Shown: positions 1 to 13,564 of the stretch, one piece after another
Layout: every line of letters begins with the position of its first letter
Position numbering within the stretch: the stretch's first letter is position 1
Assembly (NCBI GenBank): GCA_964016885.1
Contig: OZ024741.1
Span: forward strand, 194,246,001 to 194,310,000
From: Eledone cirrhosa
Lineage: Eukaryota
Length of the DNA stretch: 64,000 bases
Direction of reading: 5' to 3'
Program-made: the position numbers and the translations under genes
The notes under the pieces: model-generated
Told to the model about the DNA's origin: nothing
The model's database searches: none
Seen by the model: the letters and a program-made list of their open reading frames with translations, nothing else

Positions 1-3000
1 AAGACTTGTCCTAAATAAAACTACTGTGACAATAATATCCGCTTATACACGCCAATCTGGCTTACCTGATGTTATAAAAGACAGATTCTATGAGTCACTA
101 ATGCTCCCTACCTCCCAAAATAACCAACAGTGACTACATAATTATTGCTGGTGACCTAAATAGTCACGTTGGTCAACATTGTGACGGCTATGACAGAATC
201 CATGGAGGCTATGGGTTTGGTACAAATGAAAAAGGCTTCAGAATCCTGGAATTCTGTGACGCTAATAACCTAACTATCTGTAACACAAACTTCAAAAAAC
301 GAGACAACCACTTGATCACCTATAGATCAGGGGAACATGCCAGTCAGATAGATTATATCCTTACCAGAAGATGTGACAGAGCGTCTGTTGTAAACACTAA
401 ATCCCTCCCCCATGAAGAATGCACCTCCCAACATAGCCTCATAGTTAGTGACCTCATAGTCAGGATGAGACGTACTCGACAACAGAGGAGGACTACCTTG
501 AGAAGAAGAATATGGAAGTTGAAGGACCCCACAGCCAGTAACAAATTTAAAAGCATATTACTTCATGCTTTTGACAGTAAGGAAGAGCAATTAGAGACGT
601 ACAATATAGAGGAACAGTGGGTATTCCTGAAAGTTAACCTGCTGAAGGCGACAGATGAAATTTGTGGCTGGAGCAGACCTATAGGCAGGAGGAGAGTAGC
701 GTGGTGGTGGAACAGTAAGGTGGAGGAGTCAATCAAGGCCAAAAAGCAGGCTTGGAAAGTATGGCGGGATGGGGGAAGTAGAGAACACTATCAAGTGGCC
801 AGGAGGGAAGCTAGGAGACAAGTGTACCTTGCAAGAAGGGAAGCAGAGGAAAGGAAGTTCAAGCATGTTCTACAACGTGAGGACCAAAAACGTGAGGTGT
901 TCAGGATTTCTAGACAATGTGTCAAGGAAAACCGTGATATTGTCGGGGAGAAGTGTGTCCGTAATGATGATGGTGTACTCGCCTTCACTGATGCTGATAA
1001 GAAGGTAGCTTGGAAGGGTCACTACGAGAGGCTACTAAATGAGGAGAATAAATGGGAAAAAGATCGTCTACCCCAAATCGATCCAATAGAGGGACCAGCA
1101 GTGCAAGTTAATGGTAGTATAATAAGTAAGGCAATCAAAGATATGAAGACAGGCAAAGCAGCTGGGCCTTCGGAGATAGTCGCTGAAATGCTGAAAGCAT
1201 CTGGATCGGTGGGACACACTATGGTCACTCGAATAATAAACCAAGTCATACAGAATGGGGTCATACCAAACGACTGGTATAGCAACATCATCATTAACTG
1301 CTACAAGGGTAAAGGAGATGCTCTAGATAGGGGAAACTATAGGGGCATTAAATAATTGACCAGGTCAAGAAGGTCACAGAAAGAGTTATAGCGCAACTAA
1401 TCAGAGAGCGAATTGATCTAGATGAAATGCAGTTTGGGTTTGTGTCAGGTAAAAGTACCACAGACGCTCTTTTCCTTGTACAAACAACTACAGGAGAAGT
1501 ACCTAGCTAAAAGTAAACCCCTATACTTAGCTTTTGTTGACTTGGAGAAAGCCTTTGCCAGAGTCCCCCGTTCGATTATCTGGTGAGCTCTTAGAAACCT
1601 AGGTGAAGATGAATGGCTTGTGAGAGCTATACAAGCCATGTATAAAGAAACAGTCAGCAAGATTAGAATTAACAACGAATATAGTGAAGAATTTAGTGTA
1701 AAAGTTGGTGTTCATCAGGGCTCTGTCCTTAGCCCCCTCCTATTTATTATTGCCCTTCAGGCTATAACAGAGGAGTTCAAGACCGGCTGGCCTTGGGAAC
1801 TTCTATATGCAGATGATCTAACGCTCATAGCTGAATCAAAAGGCCTTAAAGTTAACTTGTCTAAAACTAAAATTTCTAGTATGTAGGAAGGAAAATAGGG
1901 CACAAGTCCCCTCTGGGAAATGGCCATGCTCAGTGTGTAGGAAAGGAGTAGGCAGAAACTCCATTTTATGTCCCAAATGCAAAGTATGAGTGCATAAAAC
2001 ATGTAGTGGGATCACAGGTAAGCTATCTAAGAATGTAGATTTTATATGTGGCCGGTGCTCAGGTACAATAAGTAGCAAGTGCCCACAGGATACTAGCTCC
2101 TTCCACTGCCCAGATGGTTCTATAGAAATAGTGAACACCTTCCGCTACCTGGGTGACAAAATCAGCAGTGGTGGAGGGTGCTCTGAAAGTACAGTAGCCA
2201 GAGTCAGGATGGGATGGAAAAAGTTCAGAGAGCTTATACCACTATTGGCCGCCAAAGGTTTCTCTCTAAAAATGAAAGGCAGACTGTATGATGCCTGCAT
2301 ACGAACAGCAATGTTACATGGCAGTGAAACATGGGCATTGTGTGCAGAGGATCTGCACAGACTGGAGAGGAACGAAGCTTGCATGCTCCGTTGGATGTGT
2401 AATAGTAATATACGTGAATGGCAAAGCATAAATAAACTAAGTGAGAAATTAGGAATAAGAGGGATCAGATGCTGTTTACTTGAGAGAAGACTACGTTGGT
2501 ATGGCCACATGACGCGCATGAAAGACGACAGCTGTATAAAAAAGTGCAGGCCGATCAAAATTGATGGTAGTTACGGAGTAGGCAGACCCAGAAAAACCTG
2601 GGACGATCTGATAAATTCCGACCTTACACACTTACACCTCTCTAAGACAATGTCACTAGACCGAGATCTTTGGCACTATGCAGTAATACAGAAGACCCGT
2701 CTTGCCTATGTACAAAGCGAAACCTACAGTCAGTAGGCACCTCTTAACCAAATATACACCCCCATCCCACTATCCCATCAACACCACCTCTTTCTCTGTA
2801 AAGTTATGTTGGTACCACAACATCCAATCCTAAATAAATGAGGTCATGTAGGTGTCACGGCAAAAAAAACCACAGTCCACGCTGTAATGTGACCGTGTAG
2901 GTAACACGGTAAAAACCTCCCAGTCCACACTGTAAACGTGGTTGGTGTTAGGAAGGGCATCCAGCCGTAGAAAACCTGCCAGACAGTCCTATACGAGCGA

Positions 3001-3093
3001 GAAAACCATTCTTGCCTCAAGTGGGACAACTCTCGTTTAAACCCATGCTAGCGTGGAAGATAGACATTAAACGATGATGATGATGATGATGAT
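1..3093 (+). mobile_element. RTE-clade LINE, near full length but decayed (APE endonuclease, RT, PHD-like finger, 3' UTR, (GAT)n tail)
   Basis: APE motifs: IIAGDLNSHVG, LTICNTNFKK, SQIDYILTR, SQHSLIVSDL. RT motifs: LAFVDLEKAF, GVHQGSVLSPLLF, LLYADDL. C-terminal RRLRWYGHM and GRPRKTW. Several stops and frameshifts. gatgatgat tail at about 3073-3093. The 5' end runs off the window. Confidence 0.95.
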
Positions 3094-3133
3094 ATATATA
3101 TAAGTAGTAACACAACAGTTAGTTCACCATACT

Positions 3134-3171
3134 GAGAACAATTGTTTCACCTTATGCGGATCTTCAGCTCG
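3134..3171 (-). ncRNA. Minimal type I hammerhead ribozyme motif (PLE pLTR-like relic)
   Basis: Reverse complement reads cgag-CTGAAGA-tccgcataaggt-GAAAC-aatt-GTT-ctca. Same family as the copy at 36217-36254. Confidence 0.7.
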
Positions 3172-3321
3172 ATATATATATAATATCCGTATGTGGTTGA
3201 CGGCTCAGATAAAGGAGTGCTCAATACCGAAGTACAGTTTTAATATTAATTTTATTAAGGCTGAATAGTTTTGTTACTCTGGAGCTTCACCTTTTTATCA
3301 CACGGCAAAGCGTAAACGAAC

Positions 3322-3570
3322 TGCATGAGAAATTAGGCATAAGAGGGATCATATACTAGAGAGGGGGTTGCATTGGTATTGTCATGTGAAACTTATGAAG
3401 GATGACAGCTATATAAAGGTGTAGGGTGATCAAATTTGATGGAAGGTATGGAGTAGGAAGACCCAGGAAGCCCTGGGACTAGGTGATAAAAGCTGACCTT
3501 GCGCAATTGCACCTCTTAAAGACAATGACACAGGATTGAGATCTTTGACATTATGTAGTAATACAGAAGG
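3322..3570 (+). mobile_element. Degraded 3' fragment of the RTE LINE ORF
   Basis: Parallels 2440-2695 (gagaaattaggcataagagggatca ... ggaagacccaggaag ... gtaatacagaag). Confidence 0.85.
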
Positions 3571-3574
3571 ATTT

Positions 3575-4990
3575 ATGTGCAATTTCCAACCAGAGTTCTG
3601 TGTCTAGTACAGGTAATCTATGGTTGGGTAGTCTATAGTAACTTTAATACTCTGGTGGATGGAGTTAGCTAATTACTGGATGCTTTCCATGGTGTTCTAC
3701 TCTAATTTCTGACTGTTCTCGTGTGGGGGTGTTTTTACTACGATGCTTATGTCCTCTACGTTGCGGGAGTACATAGTCAGAGTTATAAAATTGTTGTCGA
3801 ATTGTTCCTTAAGTCTTCTGTCCCACCATACCATAAAGAGGTTTGCTATGTCACCTGCAATGCTAATGCCAATGGCTGCCCCCTCCTCTTGGGCATTGGT
3901 TTTGCCATTAAACTTGAAAATATGTTCCTTAAGGGTTAATTATATACTAGCCCCCACTGCATGTGCGATCATTTTCTTTAATTCATCATGGTTTTGGGGG
4001 GTCCGTATGGCTCTGGTCCACCTGCTCCATCTTTCTGTGTGGGTCTTCTTGTGAGGTGATGGTAGGTAGTTTGTCTCTTTCTGGCCTTGTGGGTTAGAGG
4101 CTGCTAAGGTCATGTTTGTCTAAATAATCCTTATTGTGTGTGAGTTTAAATAGGAGTCCCAGCTCACTGGTATCAATCCCATGGAATTCCACATCACTCT
4201 CGCTGATCATTTCTACGTATTTTTTCACAGTAAAATCAACGTTGATGGATGGGTATAGGGAAATTACATCCATGCTACCTATTGTACAAACTGTCAGGTC
4301 TCCAGACAGGTTGCATTCGCTGATTCTGCTAAGGAGGTCCTCCGTGCTATCGCATATATCTGGGGACATTTTGATTATGGGGCGTATGATCAGGGAGAGG
4401 AAGTAAGAGAGTCTGTCATTGCTAGCAATGTTAGCTCCACAGACTGGCCGTGTTGGTGGTCATGTGACTGGGTCACTATTTGCCTTGTGGTCTTTGCGAA
4501 GCCCATACAGTGATTGTACATCATTGTTTCAGGCCTGGAAGTTGTTGGCAGTCCATTTATTAGGTTGCATTATGCTATACTACATCATCATATGAGTCCC
4601 CTTTCCCCATGCTCTTGTGGTGTTACTTCTCTTATGTTGATGATGTGGGGTTGCTTTGCCTGGATGTAGTCTGGCAGACTATCAACTGACATTCTGCCAG
4701 ACTTGTCTGTTGGAAAGCATACAATCTCTCCATTTCGTGAGCACTGCATGAGCTTACGCAAGCCATTTGCAGATTTCCCCTCAGTTGCTGGGCCTTCATT
4801 GTATTCTGTTTCCTGCTATGCTGTTATAGAATCTTTTGAAGTTTAGTTCTGGCTATTGTGCCTCCATTTGGACATCAGCTTGTGATAGTAGACACGATCG
4901 TTTATTAAACAAAAATGTTGTAGGGTAAATGCATCGCATGTTGAAGGACTTAGCAGATGGGTCATAGAAGGTGGAATTCTAGGGTTTATT
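3575..4990 (-). mobile_element. Penelope-like element reverse transcriptase relic
   Basis: Minus-strand translation gives FPTDKSGRM, LYGLRKDHK, RPVCGAN..NDRLSYFLSLII, GSMDVISLYPSI, GAAIGISIAGDIANLFM and YSRNVEDI (degenerate YVDD). These are PLE-type RT motifs with frameshifts. Confidence 0.85.
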
Positions 4991-5037
4991 GTTTACTATA
5001 TTGTTAGTATTCAAATACGAAGTGTGTATATATATAT

Positions 5038-5203
5038 AGGAAAAGAGTCAGGACCCCGAGCTCCGGCCGTTTCAACAGCTGGATCTGAACTAAGCCACCA
5101 GTCACTGGGGGTCCTAATTATTTTCCTATTACCAACTCTACTACCCTAAATATTGAGTACTGGTGCATTATGGTTCACCTGGTATCTTACCACACCCTCT
5201 TTT
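5038..5203. repeat. Short dispersed repeat in (TA)n, related copy at 23112-23245
   Basis: Both copies share ggacccc..gccgtttc and actctactaccctaa.tattgagtact..ggtgc.ttatgg..cacctgg..ccttaccaca. Confidence 0.7.
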
Positions 5204-5215
5204 ATATATATATAT

Positions 5216-5390
5216 AGTAAATGAGTGAAGAATAACGTGGATTAGCTGTACAATAGGGTTTATTCAAAGTATTAATTGTTTCATTAGTCCGGTGTGTTTA
5301 AAAATCACTGTTCAGAAGATGCTACGTCACTCAATTTTAATTACATTTGAAACCCGACCAAATCTTCAGCATACTGATCTGTCTACATGA
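5216..5390 (-). repeat. PLE pLTR-like relic with degenerate long-stem-II hammerhead
   Basis: Reverse complement reads agtatg-CTGAAGA-(about 80 nt)-GAAACAATT-aatact. Related to the 41555-41830 family (gaagaataac.tgg ... agggttt.att). Confidence 0.55.
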
Positions 5391-5589
5391 TACAATGCAC
5401 TAGTATTTATAGATACATGAAAGATAACAAGAATAAAAGCAATAATAATGATAATAATAATAAGAGGGAATGTGCAGTGAGGAGGGGGATACTGGGATAC
5501 GGGTGTGAAAACATAGTAATAATAATAACAGCATGGAAAAATAAGAAACCTGGATCCTCAACCACCTGGCTTCTGAACACCAACAGCTA

Positions 5590-6723
5590 ATCGACCTGTT
5601 TGCAGAGTCCTTCCCTTCCATCGCGGTCCCTCCCCCATTGGCTTGGTGCTCCTTAGGAGCCCCAATCACAGACCTTGCCTTTGAGTTAACCTTCCAATCG
5701 AATATAGTTGGCCTGAGCAGCTGCTGAAGAATATTGAAGTTATCGAACCCCATCAAGGTTTCTTCATACTCAGGAACAACCTGTCTATTCCTAAGCTTCT
5801 GTATCTGCTCAGGGTCAGCCCCTCTCACAGATTTCCTTCCTGCCTCCAACGCTTCGACGACCTAATCTTCGAGAGACTCGAGTGCATGGTCAATGTTAGA
5901 CTCTCTCCAGAGTCCCGCGATCAGGCTGCGTTGCCCAAGCAATTTGGGGGTCTTGGTCTTCGTAAGTGTTCGTCCCTCTCTCTCCCCTCCTTCCTTTCCT
6001 CCACCCACGCTTGCTCCACCCTGGTGAGCAGCATCCTCTCCTCTCCAACATGGACTAGTTCCAACAGTGAGTTGGGTGAATCTCTCCAGCACTGGAGTGA
6101 GTTGGGCTTGTCTGTTCCCGAGAAGGTGGAGGACAGTCGAAGTCAGAGAACTTGAGACAGCATAAGTTCGAAGGCCACCATTGACTCCCTCTTCGTCCAG
6201 TCAGATCAGTTTGCAAGGTGCCGCTTACTATCTGCCAGCACCAAATATTCAGGCGACTGGGTTGATGCCCTATCAGTGGCCAACGTTGGTGGCCTACTCA
6301 GCCTGGATGAATTTCGTGTCTCCATCGCCCTCAGAGTGGGAGCTGACGTCTGCGTGGGTTTGAGGTGCCGATGCGGCAAACTCCTCGACTCCACAAGCCT
6401 CCACGGTCTTTCTTGCCGCCTGAATGCCGGCCGCTTCGCGCGTCACATGGAGCTAAACCTCATTCTGAAGAGAGCTTTGGCCCGGGCGAATATCCCCTCA
6501 GTCTTGGAACCATCTGGGTTGTCCAGAAGTGACGGCCTTACCTTGTGCCCCTGGTCGAGAGGCAAGTGCCTTGTCTGGGACGCCACTGTTAGTGTCTCTT
6601 TTGTTTCTTCCCACATCCTGAAAGAAACGCGAGCAATTTATAATGTTATCTAAGCATTTGTAATGTTATTTATGTATATATTTACAGTTATTCTACTGTA
6701 AATTTATTTTGTATAATAAAAAT
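5590..6723 (+). mobile_element. CRE/NeSL-type (restriction-like endonuclease) non-LTR retrotransposon, 3' fragment
   Basis: LPKQFGGLGLR, FRVSIALRVG, CRCGKLLDSTSLHGLSC (CCHC knuckle), RH.ELN.ILKRAL, EP.GL.RSDG, PWSRGKCLVWDATV. Internally deleted. Confidence 0.85.
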
Positions 6724-6767
6724 TTGATATCGTTTAACAATCGTATAATAAGCAGAGCAGAAAAAAC

Positions 6768-7645
6768 TATTTGTTCACAAGATTACTGTCTAGGAAAAAG
6801 TAACACAGTAGTTTTATTTTTTAAGATTTATTTATCAAACTTGGGTCAGTTTGTCTCCATGAATTATTCTTTCGATCTCACTCGATAAACCCGCCATTTG
6901 GCTTTGATGACGGCCTCAAGGTGGCCTCGGAACCGGCTACAGTCCTTCGTCACTGTCCCCTGATTAGGCCCCTAAAGGCACTTGTGATCCTGGCATTCAG
7001 ATCGTCTTTCGTATTGCAGCTAGATCTGTTGGTATCTCGTTTCACTGCGCCCCACACAAAGAAGTCGAGGGGGTTGCAGTCAAGCAAGCTGGGAGGCCAG
7101 ATGTCAGGTGAAGTGTGGTCGACGAAGTTCTCTGACAGCCAGGCTTGGGTCTTTCGGCTGGTATGGCAGGTCGCTGAGTCTTGCTGCCACACGTACAGCC
7201 TACCTGCAGCTACCTGGTTGATCCAGGGCTTTACTACCTCGCTCAGAACACGGATGTAGCCATCGGTGTTCAGCTTGAGGCCCTCAGGGAAGAAGTGAGG
7301 TGGCATGACGTCACCTTGACTGCTGATGACACCTAAGACCAATGTTGTCGCTGGAAACTTTGTCTGCATGACTCTGGGCACGTCTTTGGATGAGACAGCG
7401 AGCCACCTGTTGTTCTGGGAGTTGATCTTCTGGTTTTATTTGTCCTCCTGGCGCGGATTCCAAGATGAACTCCGTGTCTCTTCCACAAATTTGGAGGTTC
7501 AAAATTATTCATAATCAATTATTCTGAAAATATATAATGGAAATATAGTCACTGTTTTTAAGAAGACAAGAGTGACAACGGAAGTAAAAAAAATTTGCAT
7601 AAAATTAGCAATTGAAAATTGCGAACAAATATCGTCCCCACCCTG
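6768..7645 (-). mobile_element. Tc1/mariner superfamily DD37D (maT-type) transposon, internally deleted
   Basis: ORF 6950-7381 has WQQD-(37 aa)-D (WPPSLLDCNPLD). Intact TIR ...gtccccaccctg|ta at 7645; the other TIR is truncated. Paralog at 51604-52484. Confidence 0.92.
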
Positions 7646-8173
7646 TATTTGTCTTTGTTAATAGTTATTTCTACAAAGTTTCATTTAATCCTGTATTTCA
7701 TTTGTACATATATGAACATTTATGTAATTATATTCTAGAAATAAATGATCAAAATATATCTTTAATCACTTCTATGTGCCCGTAATCAACATAAACTATA
7801 AGGATTCTCTTATGCAAAACATTAATTTAACAAAAACACAAATTTCCCAGTTTGTATGATTATTCATATATCTAGTAATCCTTGTGTATATGGCATATTT
7901 GTAGCGAAATCCTACACCAGGGGAAAGTTTTCTATTGTTAAGAAAGATTGTAGCACTATCAGTACATTGATCTATAACCTCAACGAATTCAACAATAGAT
8001 AAAAAATTCCCTTTTGTCTGAGGACAGTAACCATTCACCAATACTTGTATAGTCTGATGTCATATTTTGATTTTGTGCCTTCTGAGGATGTCTTAAAACA
8101 GACTACAACAGAAGACTCGCTTACATACCCGCTCATATATATATGTCTTTTTTTTTTTTTTTTCTATAAATAG

Positions 8174-8215
<42 letters not shown>

Positions 8216-8218
<3 letters not shown>

Positions 8219-8373
8219 TCATTTTACGTCCGCTTTTCCCTGCTTGCAAGGGTGGGACGGGAACTGATTCTGGCTTGATTTCTACAGCTGGATGCCATTC
8301 CTAACACCAACCTCATTTACAGTGAGTGCTGGGTGCTTTTATGCCGTGGCACCTCCACGACCACTTTGCAGTG
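8216..8373 (-). mobile_element. Isolated RTE-derived SINE/LINE 3' tail
   Basis: Reverse complement of the tail seen at 21045-21200 (cactgtaaatgaggttggtgttagg...gcggacgtaaaatgatga). Confidence 0.85.
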
Positions 8374-8380
8374 GAATTAT

Positions 8381-8474
<94 letters not shown>

Positions 8475-8479
8475 ATGTA

Positions 8480-9045
8480 TTCGTGAGTGAATAATAATAA
8501 TATTATAATGATATTATTAATATTCGGTTTGTTTGCAAGCAAGCAGTCTCATGTGTGTTTTCTAGATGACGGTGTCATCCCTCTGTTCCAGTTGTAACAG
8601 AAAGAATCCAGTTGACAATTGTTTTGGAGTTATTGCCCCTTATTGAGACTGTATATCCTCATTGCCGCTACCCGCTGGGACTGCTGAGAATATATAGTAT
8701 TCTCAAAAGTATACATCGGCTAATTAGCCTAATTTGCATACCGAGCGACTTTACGGCTGGCTTTGCTGAAAATTGAAAACAAAATTTGTTTTTGCTCTAA
8801 TATATTAAATACCTATATGTATTCGTAAGTAAATTATAATAATATTAATATTTGGTGTGTGTTTCTTGATGATGATGTCATCCTTTTGTACCAGCAGTAG
8901 CAGAGAGAAAACAGTCGACAATTGTTTTGGAATTATTGCCTTTTATCGAGACTGTGTATCCTTGTTGCTGCTACCCACTGGAACTGCTGAGAATACATAG
9001 TATTCTCAAAGGTATACATTGGCTGATTAACCTAATTTACAATGA
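8480..9045. repeat. Diverged tandem duplication (about 340 bp unit) of an unclassified repeat
   Basis: 8475-8740 and 8815-9040 share gacaattgttttgga, gagactgt.tatcct, ctgctgagaata.atagtattctcaaa.gtatacat.ggct and cctaattt. Confidence 0.75.
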
Positions 9046-9085
9046 AACAGTTCTAGTCCTTTAGAAGTTATTTCTATAATAATAA

Positions 9086-9411
9086 TTGTTTCTACCTTTG
9101 GCACAAGGCCTGCAAATACCCAGTACATTACTGGTACTTTATTTTATCGACCCCGTAAGGATGAAAGGCAAAGTTAACCTCGGCGGGATTTGAACTCAGA
9201 ATGGCAAGGGCTGTAACTCTATGCGTCAAAGCATGGCGTCCGACCCTCTACCGATACTGTCAATCCACAATAATAATGATAGTAAAAATAATAATATAAT
9301 TTTCTACTTTAGGCACAAGGCCAGCAATTTTTGGGGAGGGGAAATGTCGATTAACTCTATGCTGCAAAGCATGGCGTCCGACCCTCTACCGATATCGCCA
9401 ATCCACCACCC
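9086..9411 (-). mobile_element. tRNA-derived SINE family A (one full copy plus one deleted copy)
   Basis: Reverse complement has an A box (tggcagtatcggtag), a B box (gagttcaaatcc), a central gcctttcatccttacggggtcgataaaataaagtacc domain and an (ATT)n tail. Confidence 0.9.
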
Positions 9412-9457
<46 letters not shown>

Positions 9458-9458
<1 letters not shown>

Positions 9459-12400
9459 CTTTCTTTATTAACCACAAGGGTTGATACAAAGTAAAACATT
9501 AAGGACATTAGAGGACGGTACAAATGGGCATTTCTGCATGTAAAAAAAACAAAAACAGAGGATGTAACAAAAAAAGAAACAATGAAAAATTCCCCAATAA
9601 GGGGGAGACTTCCGAGAGGCATTCGTGGAGAAAGCCCATTAAAAAAGCCACGGTGACCCTGACCACCAAGGCAAGTGCCCTCTCCCAGTTTTCCACCTTT
9701 AATTTACAGACACATACTCAGAGCAGGCCCATTCACTCGGGCCATTCTTGCCTCTCTCACCCATCTTTCAACAAAATGCTGGGATGAGAGCACTTCCCTC
9801 TCTACCCTGATTTTCCTTTTCAAATGAAATTTGAAAAAGTTAATCAGGGCATCACCGAAGAAGTAAGTGCTCGTCTTCAGCCCTTTCAAACGCATCCACC
9901 ACACTATCTCTTTCGCCATGGCCACCAGACAGATAAAAACTGCCTGCCCTTCTTGGCTAAAGGAAGAGGGTGGAGCAATCCTCATGATGGACTCAGCTGA
10001 AAGCCGGATCCGTCCTACACACGACAGCAGGTGTTTGTCATAAACCCACACGTCAGCAATGCTCGGACACTGGACGAGTGCATGCAGGACGGTTTCGTAG
10101 CCCTGCGCGCATCTCGGACATGCCTGACTGATGGCACTTCCATGCATGTAGAGTTTATCCCGAACTGGCAAAGCTCCCCGGTAGCACTGCCAGGCCAGGG
10201 ATTTCTGGAAGTTGTTCATGGGCCCCGGCCCGAAAGTTCTTCTGAAGAGATTGGCTAGTTGATTTTTGGTGATGCCTAGAGTTCCCTAAGTATGTTGTCG
10301 CTCTTCCCCTCCACTAATCCTCTATAGAACGCCAAGGTGGAGTTTCCACCAATCACATTGCCCAACTGGTCGAGGGCTGTGAGCACCTGAAGACATTCCA
10401 GTCTCCAAGCGCTCCCTCTTGGTCTTCGCTTGACCCAGGACTGCAGCTCCGTCAAGGAGACAAGTTGGGGAAAGACGCGTCTAACAAACGGCGACGGCAT
10501 CTGATCACCGTCGAGGAAGAGCTGGAGATGTTGTAGCCTGAGCGCGTGTCTGCGCATCATCAGCCACGGCATGCCCAGCCCTCCATGTAGCGGGTGTTGA
10601 CAGCAGATGGACCGCCTTACCATCGGAGTGCATCCCTTCCACAAAAAGCGAAAGAGCAAACGCTCCAGCGTAGTCATGCCAGTAGAGCTTATCTTGAACT
10701 GGTAAAGCTCCTTGGTAGCACTGCCATACCAGGGATTTTTGAAAATTCTCCAAGGACCCTGTATTGAAAGTCCTCCCAAAAAGAATGACTAATTGATTTC
10801 TGTTGGTGTCTAAAGTTTCCCCAAGAACGTTGTCATTTTTATCTACTACTAACCCTCTATAGAACACCAGGGTGGAGTTTCCACCTATCATATTGCGCAA
10901 TTGGTGGAAGGCTGTAAGGACCTGAAAACATTCCAGTTTCCAAGCATTCCCCTCGGTCTCTGCTTGAGTCAGGACTGCAGCTCTATTAAGTATATGAACA
11001 GTCATCTGGTGAACGGCAACCACAACTGTTTACCGCCAAGGAAAAGATGGAGATGTTGTAGCCTCAGCGCATGTCTGCACATCATCAGCCACTGCATTGC
11101 CAGTCCTCCACGCAACAGGTGTTGACAGTAGATGGACCACCTGACCATCAGAACGAATCTACAAGAAGGGACTCATACTTTCACCCCAGTTTTTGTCCAT
11201 CTGGAGGTCTGGACTGAACCAGACTCTGAGCAATTTAACCAGTCCATCAGTTCAGCGCTTCGTATTCCCTTAGAGCAGTGTGAATCACCTCAATGTGTTT
11301 GGTGCTTGACATTACAATAGTTACGTTATCGGATTATGCTGGCACAGATCTCCCATGTCCTAGTTTGTGTGGAATACCCCTCAATATCTCTAATTTGTGC
11401 AGTAGTGGCTTGAGGGTCAATACATATAACAAGGACTTGAGGTGATAGCCTTGGCGGACCAAGCGCATAATGCTGAAGGGTTCTGAAAGGTTACCATTCA
11501 CTTTAACCACAGAACAGATGCTGCTGTGCATAGCAGCAATCCACCCTCAGAAAATGAGCCCAGGTTCCTTTGCCATCCTCTCTATGATGTATTGCATGAA
11601 GTGAAGGTTGTTGTGGATGGATCTCTTGGGAATGACACAAGTCTGCGCCTCCCCTACCAGGCCACCAATGACAAGCGCCAGCCTTGTCACTATCACCTTG
11701 GTCAAAATTTTTAACTCTGCATTCAGTAGAGTTATGGGCTTAAAATTTTTTATAAAACCCTCTTTGTTCAGGTCCTTTCTCTGCAGTGCCACCAGTTCTC
11801 CACTCACAGAACTAGGAATTCTCCTGTTCTGCTGCCAGTTGCAGTAGACATCTGCCAAGATGTCGCTGAACAAGTCTGTCATGTAAATGTAAGGCTCATA
11901 GGGCAGATCATCCAAACTGGGTGATTTATCATTGCCTCCTGTATTTCAGTAGCTGTTATTAACTTTACACAACATTCCACCTCCATTGCTGATAGCTGCA
12001 GCAGGAAGTTGAAGTAAGCAGTGGAGGCCATCTCACGATCCGGCCCGCCACTGCTCCCGAACAGTTGCGCAAAATGCTGCTGAAAGGCCACACACATCTG
12101 CTTGGGATTAAGTAACATGCACCTGTCATGCCCTTCATGTCTAAGAGCATGCATCTTAGCTCTGACCACACGGCCTTCATACTTAGCATTGAAGAATTGG
12201 TCCAAGGCTAGCCCCACCACAAAAACGTCAGTTGCGATGCCTTTGCTAATTGCCTCTTCTATTTTTCTAATTAGCTCCCCCTCTACTCTAATTTCCTTTA
12301 TTGCTATGGCCTTGCTAAACTTATCAATTCCATTTTAATTGCCCTGTTCAGGAGATACCACCACTTGTTTTTGACCCCATCAACACCCGCTTAACTAATT

Positions 12401-13420
12401 CACTAATCTGGTCTCTGTAGGCTTTGCGCATTGGGAATCAGTCGTTCAGCTTCCAGTAACTGGGTCCTTGCCTATCTAGATCTACTACACGTTACAAATT
12501 TGTTGTCCATGTATTCGACTATTTCAAAATGTGGACAACCTATGCTATCCTTGTCTACTTCCCTACAGAATACCCTATCTAGATACTATCAGGATGACCC
12601 GATGTGGTTAGTCCATGTCCACATTGGCATGTTTAAGAAATCCAGTCAGTACCTGTCAGAGAGTTGGAAGCATCTAAGCAGGTTTGCAAGGCTTTTACAC
12701 CCTTCTCTATCCGCTAGTCCCACACAGTCCCAGCATGCATCTAAGATACTGTTCCAGTCGCCCACTAAGACTAAAGAGCAAGACATTCATAGAAAGGTTT
12801 TCAGGTGTTGGAAGAAATCAGTTTGTCCTGCCCCACTCAGATCATAGACAACCACTAGCCTGAAGGCGTGCTCTTCTCCACTAGTGACGTCCAGTAACAC
12901 CAATTTATCCTCCAGATCCAGGAAGATAGTCTCTATTGCAAGATCCAGGCCTTTCCAGAACAACACAGCAACTCTGCTTCCAGATACCGGACGGCCCAGA
13001 GATGTGTACACCTTATACCCACAGAAAATAGATGCGAAGGTTTGTGCTTCAGAATCTCTAGTCTCACTAATGGCCACCACATCTATTCCCAGTGCCCTGA
13101 GGTCGTTGACCAGGTTACCCTCCTTCCAAGATGACCCCAGGCCACGTGCATTCACACTGCTTATCTTGAGTGAGGCCATGATTGATTAAGAGAAGAGAAA
13201 GTAGGAAAGGCCTTCTACCTTAGATTTTTGTGGGAGCGGAGACTGGTTGCTCCGTCTTTCAGGTTGTTTGTCTGCTCTTGTTCTGAAATGTCTGTATCGG
13301 TTCTTTTGGAGAGCATCTCTTGGAAGTTTCCAATAGAATTATGGAATTTTGTTTTAGGTGTGTGTCTGTGTTTTGTGTTATTTGTATGATTTGTATATTT
13401 GTAGGTAGTGTGACCTTTTT
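9458..13420 (-). mobile_element. Tx1/L1-clade LINE, decayed ORF2 (APE, RT, C-terminal Zn finger)
   Basis: MASLKISSVNARGL..VVAISETR, KPITLLNAELKILTKV, VKVNGNLSEPF..VRQG, GGLGMP and CPRC..ETVLHALVQC. AATAAA followed by an (ATT)n tail at about 9412-9475. Confidence 0.93.
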
Positions 13421-13564
13421 AGGGTGTAATAAAATCTTTTTGCCTAATTGTGGTGTTGTGCTCCAAGTAGTTCATTAGTTTTGTGTTGTTCGTGTTTATT
13501 GCTGTATAGTGTATGATGTTTGTATCTTTTTGTTGTTGTGGGCTAATAATAATGATAATAATAA

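Noticed and set aside
7796-8110. 81-aa minus-strand ORF and a plus-strand RGKFSIVKK kinase-like snippet
   Set aside because: There are no consistent splice sites or recognisable domain, and the frames close quickly.
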